This document shows positions 18,883-26,971 of a stretch of DNA of 64,000 nucleotides, piece after piece. Each line of letters begins with the position of its first letter. Within the stretch, counting starts at the first letter, position 1. The notes beneath the pieces are model-generated. The model was not told the origin of the DNA. It ran no database searches and worked only from the letters and a program-made list of their open reading frames with translations. Source of the stretch: Deltaproteobacteria bacterium (lineage in GTDB: Bacteria; Desulfobacterota; Syntrophia; Syntrophales; Smithellaceae); contig JAAYDW010000037.1 in assembly GCA_012729055.1 (NCBI GenBank), forward strand, positions 55,028-119,027, read 5' to 3'. A program made the position numbers and the translations under genes.

Positions 18883-19139
18883 GCATCTTTTGCCGTCCGC
18901 CGGCGATGGCGGAGGGCCGGTGGCAACGGCCGCGCCGCGGCTTCTTTTGGGCGCCTGCACCATTTCCAACGGCGGTGAATCATATGCTGCATGACGGCTA
19001 AGTAACTGAAATAATTGCAGAATGAACGGCTTGTCGGCGCGCGCCGGAAATACCTGCCCCCGCCGGATCAATCAAATGCTTTGCACCGCCAGCGGGCAAA
19101 ATTCATATATTCAAATAATATTAAGTAGTTACAATGTTG

Positions 19140-19155
19140 TGGCACAGTCGTTGCT
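19140..19155 (+). promoter_or_regulatory. Sigma-54 (-24/-12) promoter
   Basis: TGGCAC-AGTCG-TTGCT is a perfect consensus core. It lies 51 nt upstream of ATG 19206 and inside the spurious N-terminal extension of the tracked ORF. Confidence 0.85.
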
Positions 19156-19205
19156 CTGATTGCGGACAGCGTTGCGGATCTCACTGGAGAAAGGAGTGTA
19201 CAAAC

Positions 19206-20066
19206 ATGGAACGTATTCAAAAAATCGGAGTCATCGGCGCGGGGATGATGGGATCGGAAATCGCGCTTGCCTTTGCAATGGGCGGCTATTTCGTTTCCAT
19301 CAAGGATGAAACGCTTGAAATCGCCGCCAGGGGAAAGGAAAAAATGACCAAATCCCTGGAGAAGCTCGTTAAAAAAGGAAAAGTAGCCGAAGACGCAAAG
19401 GCAAAGATTTTAGGCGGCGTAACGCCTGTCGCCACTTACGAAGAACTAGCAGACGCCGACTTTGTCATTGAAGCGGTTTTTGAAAACCTGAACGTCAAAG
19501 AAGCCGTGTGGGCCGCACTGGACAAGGCCTGCAAGAGCGACTGTATTTTTGCATCCAACACGTCGAGCATCTCCATCACGCGGCTCGCCACGTCCGTCAA
19601 AAAGGAGCGGCTGGGCCAGTTTTTGGGCGCGCATTTCTTTTCCCCCGCTTCCGTGATGAAGCTCGTGGAAGTGATTCCCGGCCTGGATACGACCGACGAA
19701 ACCGTGAAAGCGGTCATGGACCTATTGCGCAGCATCGGCAAAGAACCCATTCGCGTAAAAGACGTCGTCGGCTTTGCCGTAAATCGGATATTTCACGCCA
19801 TGCTCATTGAAGCCTGCCGCCTGCTGGAAGAGGAAGTCGCAACGCCCGAAGACATCGACAAGGCGTGCAAGCTGGGCCTGGGACATCCCATGGGTCCTTA
19901 CGAACTGATGGACGTCCTCAACAACAAATTGAACCTGGAAGTTGAAGAGATCCTGTTTGAATCCTACGGCGAACGCTTCCGGCCGCGGCCGAACCTGAAA
20001 CAGCGGGTTAACGCCAATCACCTGGGACGCGTGACGGGACGCGGCTGGTTTGATTACGGTAAGTAA
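19206..20066 (+). CDS. 3-hydroxyacyl-CoA dehydrogenase (NAD-binding, Hbd-like)
   Basis: The start at ATG 19206 follows AAAGGAG. It has the Rossmann motif IGVIGAGMMGSEIA, SNTSSISIT and a C-terminal GRKTGRGF-like GRVTGRGWFDY. Confidence 0.9.
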   Translation: MERIQKIGVIGAGMMGSEIALAFAMGGYFVSIKDETLEIAARGKEKMTKSLEKLVKKGKVAEDAKAKILGGVTPVATYEELADADFVIEAVFENLNVKEAVWAALDKACKSDCIFASNTSSISITRLATSVKKERLGQFLGAHFFSPASVMKLVEVIPGLDTTDETVKAVMDLLRSIGKEPIRVKDVVGFAVNRIFHAMLIEACRLLEEEVATPEDIDKACKLGLGHPMGPYELMDVLNNKLNLEVEEILFESYGERFRPRPNLKQRVNANHLGRVTGRGWFDYGK

Positions 20067-20115
20067 GGAACGGCTGACCGCGAAACAATGGCTCCTTTCG
20101 CAAAAGGAAAAAGCG

Positions 20116-20874
20116 ATGTTTGATTTAAAAGGAAAAACAGCCCTGGTGACCGGCGGAAACGGCGGCATCGGACTGGGCATGGCGCGCGGACTGGCAAAAG
20201 CCGGAGCCCGCATCATTGTTGCCGCGCGAAACGCGGAAAAATCCGCCGCGGCCGTCGGGGACTTACAGGCGCTGGGCGCCGAGGCGTTTGCCGTCCGTGT
20301 GGACGTGAACAGTGAATCATCGGTGGAAGACATGGTCCAGGCGGCGATCCGCCGCTGCGGCCGGATTGACATTCTGGTCAACAACGCCGGAATGAACATC
20401 CGCAAACCCGCCCAGGATCTGCTTCTTGCCGAATGGCGGCAGGTCCTGGACACGAACCTGACCAGCGCCTTTCTCTGCGCGCGCGGCGTTTATCCGCACA
20501 TGAAACAGGCGGGTGCGGGGAAAATCATCAATATCGGCTCCATGCTCTCGATTTTCGGAGGATCGCACCTGCCGGCTTACGGGGCCAGCAAAGGCGGACT
20601 GGTCCAGTTGACCAAATCCCTGGCCGCGGCCTGGGCGATCGACCATATCCAGGTCAACGCCGTGCTGCCGGGCTGGATAGACACAGACCTGACGCGCCTG
20701 GCCCGCCGGAAAGATCCGACGCTGCACGAACGCATTCTGGCCAGAACGCCCGCCGGAAAATGGGGAGATATGGATGACCTGGCCGGCATAGCCGTTTTCC
20801 TGGCCGACTCCGCGTCCGACTTCATAACCGGCGCGGCCATACCCGTGGACGGCGGCTATTCGGCGCTTTGCTGA
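20116..20874 (+). CDS. Short-chain dehydrogenase/reductase (SDR)
   Basis: The start is at ATG 20116 (MFDLKGKTALVTGGNGGIG). It has TGxxxGIG, NNAG and the YGASKGG (YxxxK) catalytic motif. Confidence 0.9.
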   Translation: MFDLKGKTALVTGGNGGIGLGMARGLAKAGARIIVAARNAEKSAAAVGDLQALGAEAFAVRVDVNSESSVEDMVQAAIRRCGRIDILVNNAGMNIRKPAQDLLLAEWRQVLDTNLTSAFLCARGVYPHMKQAGAGKIINIGSMLSIFGGSHLPAYGASKGGLVQLTKSLAAAWAIDHIQVNAVLPGWIDTDLTRLARRKDPTLHERILARTPAGKWGDMDDLAGIAVFLADSASDFITGAAIPVDGGYSALC

Positions 20875-21012
20875 GCCGGCCGGGAAGGCCATAAACAGGG
20901 ACAGGGATTCCGGGAGGCAAAATCCCTTTACCCCTTAATGATAGACTCCTTCTTTGCAGTCGGTAATACTTCGCCTCTTCAGTTTTTAAAACTGGTTACC
21001 GACAACCACTTT

Positions 21013-21041
21013 CCCTCCGCCGTGTTGCCCGCGGCGGAGGG
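21013..21041 (+). terminator. Possible terminator of the hbd-SDR unit
   Basis: A perfect 10-bp stem, CCCTCCGCCG...CGGCGGAGGG, with a 9-nt loop. It is followed only by a weakly T-rich tail and lies 140 nt after the stop. Confidence 0.35.
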
Positions 21042-21131
21042 ACCCTCCTTTATTCATCTGATCGCGCCATTATGTTCCCCTGCCCGCTTTGCATAAATTA
21101 TTTCTGCAAAAGCTTACCATCGTATTGACTT

Positions 21132-21147
21132 CTTCTAGATGTTGTGG
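21132..21147. promoter_or_regulatory. NrdR-box-like operator, box 1 (overlaps a putative TTGACT promoter spacer)
   Basis: The right half of CTTCTAGATGTTGTGG matches the NrdR-box half-site (ATnTwGTGt). It lies in the spacer after TTGACT (21125-21130). The centre is 32 bp from box 2. Confidence 0.45.
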
Positions 21148-21163
21148 TTAATAGTCTTCATCA

Positions 21164-21179
21164 TAACTACATGTAGTGT
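21164..21179. promoter_or_regulatory. NrdR-box-like operator, box 2
   Basis: TAACTACATGTAGTGT contains the perfect 12-bp palindrome ACTACATGTAGT. By eye it matches about 12 of 16 positions of the published acaCwAtATaTwGtgt consensus. It lies 49 nt upstream of the nrdJ ATG. Confidence 0.55.
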
Positions 21180-21227
21180 TTGTTATTAAATTAACATTTC
21201 TCGTCATATTTCAAGGAGTTCATTTCA

Positions 21228-23453
21228 ATGGAAAAAAAGACCACGCCCCCCCTTGTGCCGGAGCTCTCCCCCAACGCCATCACCGTCCTGGAGCGACGTT
21301 ACCTGAAGCGCGATACGGAGGGCAAGGTGCTGGAAAAGCCGGTCGACATGTTTCGGCGCGTCGCCCAAACCATTGCCGCCGCCGATCAACTGTTTGCCGA
21401 AAAAGCGGACACCGAGCCGCTCGCGGAAGACTTCTACCGGATGATGGCCCATCTGGAATTCCTGCCCAATTCCCCCACGCTGATGAACGCGGGCCGCGAG
21501 CTGGGGCAGCTGTCCGCCTGTTTCGTTTTGCCGGTCGGCGATTCCATGGAGGATATTTTCGATGCGGTGAAATACACAGCGCTCATTCACAAGTCCGGCG
21601 GCGGCACGGGATTTTCCTTTTCCCGCCTGCGTCCGGCCAATGACGTCGTCATGACGACCACCGGCATTTCCAGCGGACCGATTTCTTTCATGCGCGTCTT
21701 CGACGTGGCGACGGAAACGATCAAGCAGGGCGGAACGCGGCGCGGCGCGAACATGGGCATTTTGCGCGTCGATCATCCGGACATCATGAATTTCATCATG
21801 TGCAAGGCCGATCACAAGCAGCTCAACAATTTCAACATTTCCGTGGGACTCACCGAGGCCTTCATGAAAGCGGTGGAAAAGGACGAAAATTACGACCTCG
21901 TCAACCCCCGCAACGGCCAGGTGACGGGCCAGCTCAACGCCCGCAAGGTCTTCAACCGGATCGTCACGCAAGCCTGGGAAAACGGCGAGCCGGGCATTGT
22001 CTTTCTCGACCGCCTCAACCGCGACAATCCGACGCCGCACGTCGGAGCCATCGAATCCACCAATCCCTGCGGCGAACAGCCCCTGCTGCCCTACGAATCG
22101 TGCAATCTGGGCTCAATCAATCTGGCCAAAATGGTTTCCGGCGGACAGATCGCCTGGGACAGGCTCAAAGAGATTGTCCACCTGGGCGTTCACTTTCTGG
22201 ACAATGTGGTGGAAGTCAACAAATACCCCCTGCCGCAAATCGCCGAAATGACGCTTGCCAACCGTAAAATCGGTCTGGGCGTCATGGGCTGGGCGGACAT
22301 GCTTATCCGCCTGGGCGTTGCCTACAATTCGGATGAGGCGGTGGAGCTGGGAAAAAAGGTCATGGCCTTCATCAACGATCAGGGGCACGAAGCCTCGCGG
22401 GCGCTGGCCGTCGCGCGCGGCGCCTTTCCGAATTTTCAAGGATCGGTGTACGAAAAAAAGAGCGAAGCGCCGCTGCGCAACGCGACCGTCACCACGATCG
22501 CGCCCACCGGCACCATCTCGATCATCGCCAATGCTTCGTCGGGCGTGGAGCCCCTGTTTGCCGTCTCCTACGTCCGGCAGGTCATGGACAACGATCGCCT
22601 GGTGGAAGTCCATCCCTATTTTGAAGCCGTTGCCAGGCAGAGGGGATTTTATTCGCCGGAGCTGATGCAGCGCATCGCCGAACAAGGCTCCCTGCACGAT
22701 CTCGAAGAAATTCCCGAGGACATCCGCAGGATTTTTGTGACGGCGCACGACATCACCCCGGAAGTCCATATCCGGATGCAGGCCGCCTTTCAGCAATACA
22801 CGGACAACGCGGTCAGCAAAACCGTCAACTTTCCCAAAACGGCGACCATCCAGGATGTAACGCGCGTCTACGAGTTGGCCTACCAGCTCGACTGCAAGGG
22901 CGTAACCATTTACCGCGACGGCTCGCGCGACCAACAGGTGTTAAGCGTCGGAAAGAAAGAGGAAGCGGCGCCGGGCGCTCCAAAGGACAAACCCGCCACC
23001 AAACGCGAACGCCCCAAAGTGCTCAAGGGCTGGACCTATCAGATGCAGACCGGCTGCGGCCCTCTGTACGTCACCGTCAACGAGGACAACACCGGTCTCT
23101 TCGAGCTCTTTACCACGATGGGCAAGGCCGGCGGCTGCGCCGCGTCCCAAAACGAAGCCATCGGGCGCATGGTGTCGCTTGCGTGGCGCAGCGGCCTGCA
23201 GGCGCGGCAGGTGATCAAGCAGTTGCAGGGTATTTCCTGCCATTCCCATTCCGGCTTCGGTGAAAACAAGATTCTGTCCTGCGCGGACGCCGTGGCCAAG
23301 GCCATTCAATCGCACCTGACCGCCAACGGCGACAAAGTGCAGCACGAGAAACGCGCCTTCTTCAAGGGCGCCTGCCCCGACTGCGGCGGCATCGTCGAAC
23401 ACGAGGGAGGCTGCGTCGTCTGCCGCATCTGCGGCTACAGCGAATGCGCCTGA
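21228..23453 (+). CDS. nrdJ: Class II (adenosylcobalamin-dependent) ribonucleotide reductase
   Basis: 741 aa. Motifs: NSPTLMNAG, the active-site TNPCGEQPLLPYESCNLGS, the downstream YRDGSRDQQVL, the TSCPD-like ILSCADAVAKAI and a C-terminal Cys-rich ribbon (CPDCGG...CVVCRICGYSEC). Confidence 0.95.
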   Translation: MEKKTTPPLVPELSPNAITVLERRYLKRDTEGKVLEKPVDMFRRVAQTIAAADQLFAEKADTEPLAEDFYRMMAHLEFLPNSPTLMNAGRELGQLSACFVLPVGDSMEDIFDAVKYTALIHKSGGGTGFSFSRLRPANDVVMTTTGISSGPISFMRVFDVATETIKQGGTRRGANMGILRVDHPDIMNFIMCKADHKQLNNFNISVGLTEAFMKAVEKDENYDLVNPRNGQVTGQLNARKVFNRIVTQAWENGEPGIVFLDRLNRDNPTPHVGAIESTNPCGEQPLLPYESCNLGSINLAKMVSGGQIAWDRLKEIVHLGVHFLDNVVEVNKYPLPQIAEMTLANRKIGLGVMGWADMLIRLGVAYNSDEAVELGKKVMAFINDQGHEASRALAVARGAFPNFQGSVYEKKSEAPLRNATVTTIAPTGTISIIANASSGVEPLFAVSYVRQVMDNDRLVEVHPYFEAVARQRGFYSPELMQRIAEQGSLHDLEEIPEDIRRIFVTAHDITPEVHIRMQAAFQQYTDNAVSKTVNFPKTATIQDVTRVYELAYQLDCKGVTIYRDGSRDQQVLSVGKKEEAAPGAPKDKPATKRERPKVLKGWTYQMQTGCGPLYVTVNEDNTGLFELFTTMGKAGGCAASQNEAIGRMVSLAWRSGLQARQVIKQLQGISCHSHSGFGENKILSCADAVAKAIQSHLTANGDKVQHEKRAFFKGACPDCGGIVEHEGGCVVCRICGYSECA

Positions 23454-23469
23454 GGAAGAAAAGTCGCTC

Positions 23470-23928
23470 ATGAGGAAAATCGTTGCCGGATCCGTCATCC
23501 TTTTCCTGCTTTTCTGTCCGCTCACCCGGGCGCAGGCAGCCTCCTGCGAGGATGTCGTCGGAACTCTGAACGCGCGGCTTGCAGCGACCATAGACGAACA
23601 GGAACTCGTTGACATTCTCCGGCAGCTCAACGAGACGAACAACAAAAAATTGCCCGCCAAGTTTGTCAACAAACGAAAGGCCCGCGCGCTGGGCTGGACG
23701 CCGGGGCGCGACCTCTGGTCCCTTCCGGCGCTCCGGGGCGCGAGCTTGGGCGGCGATCGATTCGGCAACTACGAGAAACGGCTGCCCGCCAAAAAATGGC
23801 GCGAAGCGGATCTGGATTACCGGGGCGGGCGCCGCGGCGCCAAACGCCTCGTCTTTTCGACCGACGGAAAAAGAATGATCACCGTGGATCATTACCGGAC
23901 TTTTACGGAGGTGCCCCCATGCCGCTGA
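23470..23928 (+). CDS. Secreted barnase-type guanyl-specific ribonuclease
   Basis: An N-terminal signal peptide (MRKIVAGSVILFLLFCPLTRAQA). The C-terminal FGNYEKRLPAKKWREADLDYRGGRRGAKRLVFS...VDHYRTFTEV aligns by eye with barnase (FSNREGKLPGK..WREADINY..R..DR.....TDHYQTFTKI). Confidence 0.85.
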   Translation: MRKIVAGSVILFLLFCPLTRAQAASCEDVVGTLNARLAATIDEQELVDILRQLNETNNKKLPAKFVNKRKARALGWTPGRDLWSLPALRGASLGGDRFGNYEKRLPAKKWREADLDYRGGRRGAKRLVFSTDGKRMITVDHYRTFTEVPPCR

Positions 23929-24200
23929 AACGCTGCACGCTCGACGGCCGGACCATTCAATCGCTCGACGCCTTTTACGACCGTCTCGCCAAACGGTTGA
24001 ATTTTCCCGCGCACTTCGGCCGCAGCCTCGACGCGCTGTGGGACGTCCTCGCCACCGATGTCCCCGGTCCTTTCGAGATCATCTGGACGTCCGCCGACGC
24101 ATCAAAAAAATCCCTGGGCAGGGATTACTCGAAAGTCGTGAAACTGCTGGGCAAGCTGGAAAAGGAACGCGGCGACTTCCGGCTTGTCCTTTTGCCGTAA
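23919..24200 (+). CDS. Barstar-type ribonuclease inhibitor
   Basis: The start is at ATG 23919 (MPLKRCTLDGRTIQSLDAFYDRLAKRLNFPAHFGRSLDALWDVL), which resembles the barstar helix-2 region (YYGENLDALWDCL). It overlaps the RNase gene by 10 nt. Confidence 0.85.
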   Translation: MPLKRCTLDGRTIQSLDAFYDRLAKRLNFPAHFGRSLDALWDVLATDVPGPFEIIWTSADASKKSLGRDYSKVVKLLGKLEKERGDFRLVLLP

Positions 24201-24236
24201 ACGCTTTTTGTAAAAATTCAACAAAGGGGAGGGCAG

Positions 24237-24731
24237 ATGTACGTCGTTTTCTTTTTGGGGCTCGCGGTTGTGTTTTCGGCCGCCAGCCTGATCCGCAGGC
24301 GAAAAGAACTCTCGGCGCTGCGGATCGTCGAGACGGTTCTCCTTTATCTTTTCATCTTCAACGTGGGCTGTTCCGGACTGTTCGCCTTCTGGGGCCACGC
24401 CTTTTTTGCCGACCGAGCGGCCGCCTCCATCGGCTGGGCGCCGGGAAGTCCTTTTCAGTTCGAGGTAGCCGTGGCCAATCTGGCTTTCGGCGTTCTGGGA
24501 ATGCTCTGCATCTTTTTTAGGGATAATTTCTGGCTCGCGACCGGCGTCGGCTGCGCCGTTTTTCTTCTCGGCGCAGCGGCGGGTCACATTCGCGAAATGC
24601 TCACGGCGGGCAATTATGCCGTCAACAACGCGGGACCGGTTCTCTACCTTGGCGATATCACGATTCCGGTTTTGATTCTGGTGCTGCTGGCCGTCCGGCG
24701 CCGTCTCGCGCCGGCGCGGCGTCTTTCCTGA
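24237..24731 (+). CDS. Hypothetical integral membrane protein (4-5 TM)
   Basis: 164 aa and strongly hydrophobic, with GC3-rich codons. An AGGGGAGGG RBS-like run precedes the ATG. I do not recognise a family. Confidence 0.55.
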   Translation: MYVVFFLGLAVVFSAASLIRRRKELSALRIVETVLLYLFIFNVGCSGLFAFWGHAFFADRAAASIGWAPGSPFQFEVAVANLAFGVLGMLCIFFRDNFWLATGVGCAVFLLGAAAGHIREMLTAGNYAVNNAGPVLYLGDITIPVLILVLLAVRRRLAPARRLS

Positions 24732-26031
24732 CAAAATGGTAGTGAGGCCCGAAGCGCTCGAAAGCCGCCCGGTCCAGCGCTTCTCGGTGGTCGGGATGGG
24801 CGATGCCGATGAGCAGCCGCGCCCGCTCCTGGAGCGACCGGCCGTAAAGATTCACGGCGCCGTACTCCGTCACAATCCAGTGCGCGTGGGCGCGCGTCGT
24901 CACGACGCCCGCGCCGGGCGTGAGGACCGGCGTGATTTTGCTCACCCCCTTGTCCGTCGCCGACGGCATGGCCAGGATGGCCTTTCCGCCCGCCGAGCGC
25001 GACGCGCCGTAAAAGAAATCGATCTGCCCGCCCACGCCGGAGTAGCATTTCGTTCCCAGCGAGTCGGCCCCGATCTGGCCGGTGAGATCCACCTGCAGCG
25101 CGGAATTGATCGCCGTCACCTTCGGATTGCGCGAAAGGATGAAGGGATCGTTGGTGTAGCCCACATCCTTCATCAGCACCGAGCTGTTGCGGTGCACGTA
25201 ATCGTATAATTTTTTCGATCCCAGAAGAAACGTCGCCACCATCTTCCCCGGGTCGATCGCCTTGTTTGCCCCGTTGATCACGCCTTTTTCCACGAGCGGA
25301 ATCACGCCGTCGGCAAACATCTCCGTGTGAATCCCCAGATTTTTATGCCCCGAAAGCTGGGACAAAACCGCGTTGGGAATCGCGCCGATGCCCATCTGCA
25401 GCGTGGCGCCGTCTTCGATGAGCGCCGCGCAGTGCCGGCCGACGGCCGCCTCGACGGCATCCGGCTCTGTGTAATGAACCGTATGAAGCGGGGCGTCGTC
25501 TTCCACGAAAAAATGAATGCGCGAGGCGGGGAGAACGCCGTCGCCGAATGTAAACGGCACAGAGGGATTCAGCACAGCGATCACAACCCTGGCCTTTTCG
25601 ACGGCGGCTACGGACGCGTCCACCGACGTTCCCAGCGACACGTTGCCTTCGTCGTCGGGCGGGCTCACCTGGATCAGGGCCACGTCGCACGGCAGGTGCC
25701 CTTCCCGGTAAAGACGCTGGGTTTCGCCGAGAAATACGGGGATATAGTCGGCGTATCCCTGCTGCGTCCAGGAGCGGACATTGGGGCCGACGAAAAAGGA
25801 GTCGAGCTGAAAGACGCCCTCAAACGACGGATCGGCATAAGGCGCGGGACCTTCCGTGTGGAGATGATGGATATGAACGTCTCGTAATTCTCCGGTCCGA
25901 CCCCGCCGGCACAGGGCGGCCACCAGACAGTGGGGCGCGTTCGACGTGGCGCTCAAATGAACGTGATCCCCCGATTGTATCGCTTTTACCGCTTCGTCCG
26001 GCACAACGGTTGCAATGGAATTGGCTCTCAT
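24658..26031 (-). CDS. Acetyl-CoA hydrolase/transferase family protein (4-hydroxybutyrate CoA-transferase-like)
   Basis: Motifs: LQMGIGAIPNAV, GIHTEMFADG, SGVGGQIDFFYGA, IAHPDHRE. The start is probably M16 (MRANSIATV, 26031); the ORF is open to 26076. The C-terminal tail overlaps the convergent membrane-protein gene. Confidence 0.9.
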   Translation of the reverse strand: MRANSIATVVPDEAVKAIQSGDHVHLSATSNAPHCLVAALCRRGRTGELRDVHIHHLHTEGPAPYADPSFEGVFQLDSFFVGPNVRSWTQQGYADYIPVFLGETQRLYREGHLPCDVALIQVSPPDDEGNVSLGTSVDASVAAVEKARVVIAVLNPSVPFTFGDGVLPASRIHFFVEDDAPLHTVHYTEPDAVEAAVGRHCAALIEDGATLQMGIGAIPNAVLSQLSGHKNLGIHTEMFADGVIPLVEKGVINGANKAIDPGKMVATFLLGSKKLYDYVHRNSSVLMKDVGYTNDPFILSRNPKVTAINSALQVDLTGQIGADSLGTKCYSGVGGQIDFFYGASRSAGGKAILAMPSATDKGVSKITPVLTPGAGVVTTRAHAHWIVTEYGAVNLYGRSLQERARLLIGIAHPDHREALDRAAFERFGPHYHFVRKDAAPARDGAGRPAAPESKPES

Positions 26032-26101
26032 GGGCACCTGTTTTTGTAGGGTACTGCGATAAAGCAAAGACTGCACGCTGCCAGGCTGCGGACCGGTAGC
26101 C

Positions 26102-26148
26102 GCAGGGAACGGATACGACCACCCTGCGGGCGGCTGGCCGCTCCCTAC
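26102..26148. repeat. 47-bp nested-palindrome intergenic element, copy A (degenerate)
   Basis: GCAGGGAACGG-ATACGA-CCACCCTGCGGGCGG-CTGG-CCGCTCCCTAC. About 39 of 47 positions match the reverse complement of 26972-27018. It overlaps the stop codon of the hydrolase gene. Confidence 0.7.
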
Positions 26149-26942
26149 GATTTCAAAAATTCCCGAATATCTTTTGAAAGCCGATCGGGCTTTTCCAGAA
26201 GAATGGCATGCCCGCAGTTTTCGTAAATAATCATTTTGGCCTTCGGCAGGGCCTGCCGGAAATCCCGGGCCAGATCAATCGGAAAAATCGGATCGTCCTG
26301 CCCCAGAATAATCAGCGTCGGCTGAGCGATCTGCGGCGTGCGGAGATTATTGTCAAACACGCTGCACGCGGCAAACTGGCGCAGGAAAGCGTAAAGCGGC
26401 TGCGGATTCTGCATCCTGAGCCGCACCGCTTTTTCGATCACGTCCGGACGGCTTCCGGCAAATCCCGGCGCGGTCATCAGCGCGAGATCGATTCGGTATA
26501 CCTCCTCGGCCGGTTTGCCGCTGATGGCCGCGGCCGCCTTTTCCCAGAAGGGCTTTCCCAACTCCTGCGATCGGGGCCCGCCCATACCGGTCGCCACCAG
26601 CACCAGGCGATCGACGATGTCAGGATACGACAGGGCGATTTCCTGGGAAATGAATCCGCCCATCGAAAGTCCCGCCACATAGGATTTTTCAATACCCAGC
26701 GCTTTCAGCAGCCCCACCGCATCGGACGCCAGCAGGGGAATCGAATAGTCCTCGTCGGGCTGATCGCTGCGGCCGATGCCCCGGTTGTCGAGGGCAATCA
26801 CGCGAAAATCTCTGGACAGCTCTTCGACTTGCGCAAACCATAAATCCATGGGGAACGCCAGTCCGTTGATGAGCAGAAGCGGCTCGCCCTGTCCCCGTTC
26901 TTCGTAGTAGATTTTGATTCCGTTGACAGATTGATAAGGCAT
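26145..26942 (-). CDS. Alpha/beta-fold hydrolase
   Basis: The start is at ATG 26942 (MPYQSVNGIKIYYEERGQGEPLLLINGL). It has the nucleophile elbow GLSMGG and a C-terminal CGH (catalytic His context). Confidence 0.9.
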   Translation of the reverse strand: MPYQSVNGIKIYYEERGQGEPLLLINGLAFPMDLWFAQVEELSRDFRVIALDNRGIGRSDQPDEDYSIPLLASDAVGLLKALGIEKSYVAGLSMGGFISQEIALSYPDIVDRLVLVATGMGGPRSQELGKPFWEKAAAAISGKPAEEVYRIDLALMTAPGFAGSRPDVIEKAVRLRMQNPQPLYAFLRQFAACSVFDNNLRTPQIAQPTLIILGQDDPIFPIDLARDFRQALPKAKMIIYENCGHAILLEKPDRLSKDIREFLKS

Positions 26943-26971
26943 AAATAGAAATCCTGTAAATTTAAAAAAAT

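Noticed and set aside
19081-19097. TGCACCGCCAGCGGGCA, resembling an NtrC-type TGCACC-N5-GGTGCA site, and a loosely related TGCCCGGCGCAGCACA at 18681-18696.
   Set aside because: The second half-site matches only 4 of 6 positions. The two copies sit at very different distances from their promoters. The 39-bp CATGA-containing element is much better supported.
19134-19205. The tracked ORF start MLWHSRCSDCGQRCGSHWRKECTN, upstream of the hbd-like gene.
   Set aside because: The extension overlaps the sigma-54 promoter at 19140-19155. The internal ATG at 19206 has an AAAGGAG RBS and begins the Rossmann fold directly.
20875-21227. A possible cobalamin riboswitch or other leader RNA upstream of the B12-dependent nrdJ.
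   Set aside because: I could not find a B12-box-like sequence or the conserved riboswitch core. What is present is a hairpin (21013-21041), a nested inverted repeat (GTCGGTAA...TTACCGAC, 20959-21003) and NrdR-like boxes. An Rfam scan would be the decisive test.
24658-24731. A 74-nt convergent overlap between the membrane-protein gene and the CoA-transferase gene as a possible antisense regulatory arrangement.
   Set aside because: The CoA-transferase family normally ends shortly after the AHPDxRE motif. The overlapping part is a non-conserved Ala/Pro/Arg tail, so the overlap is probably incidental read-on to the next stop.
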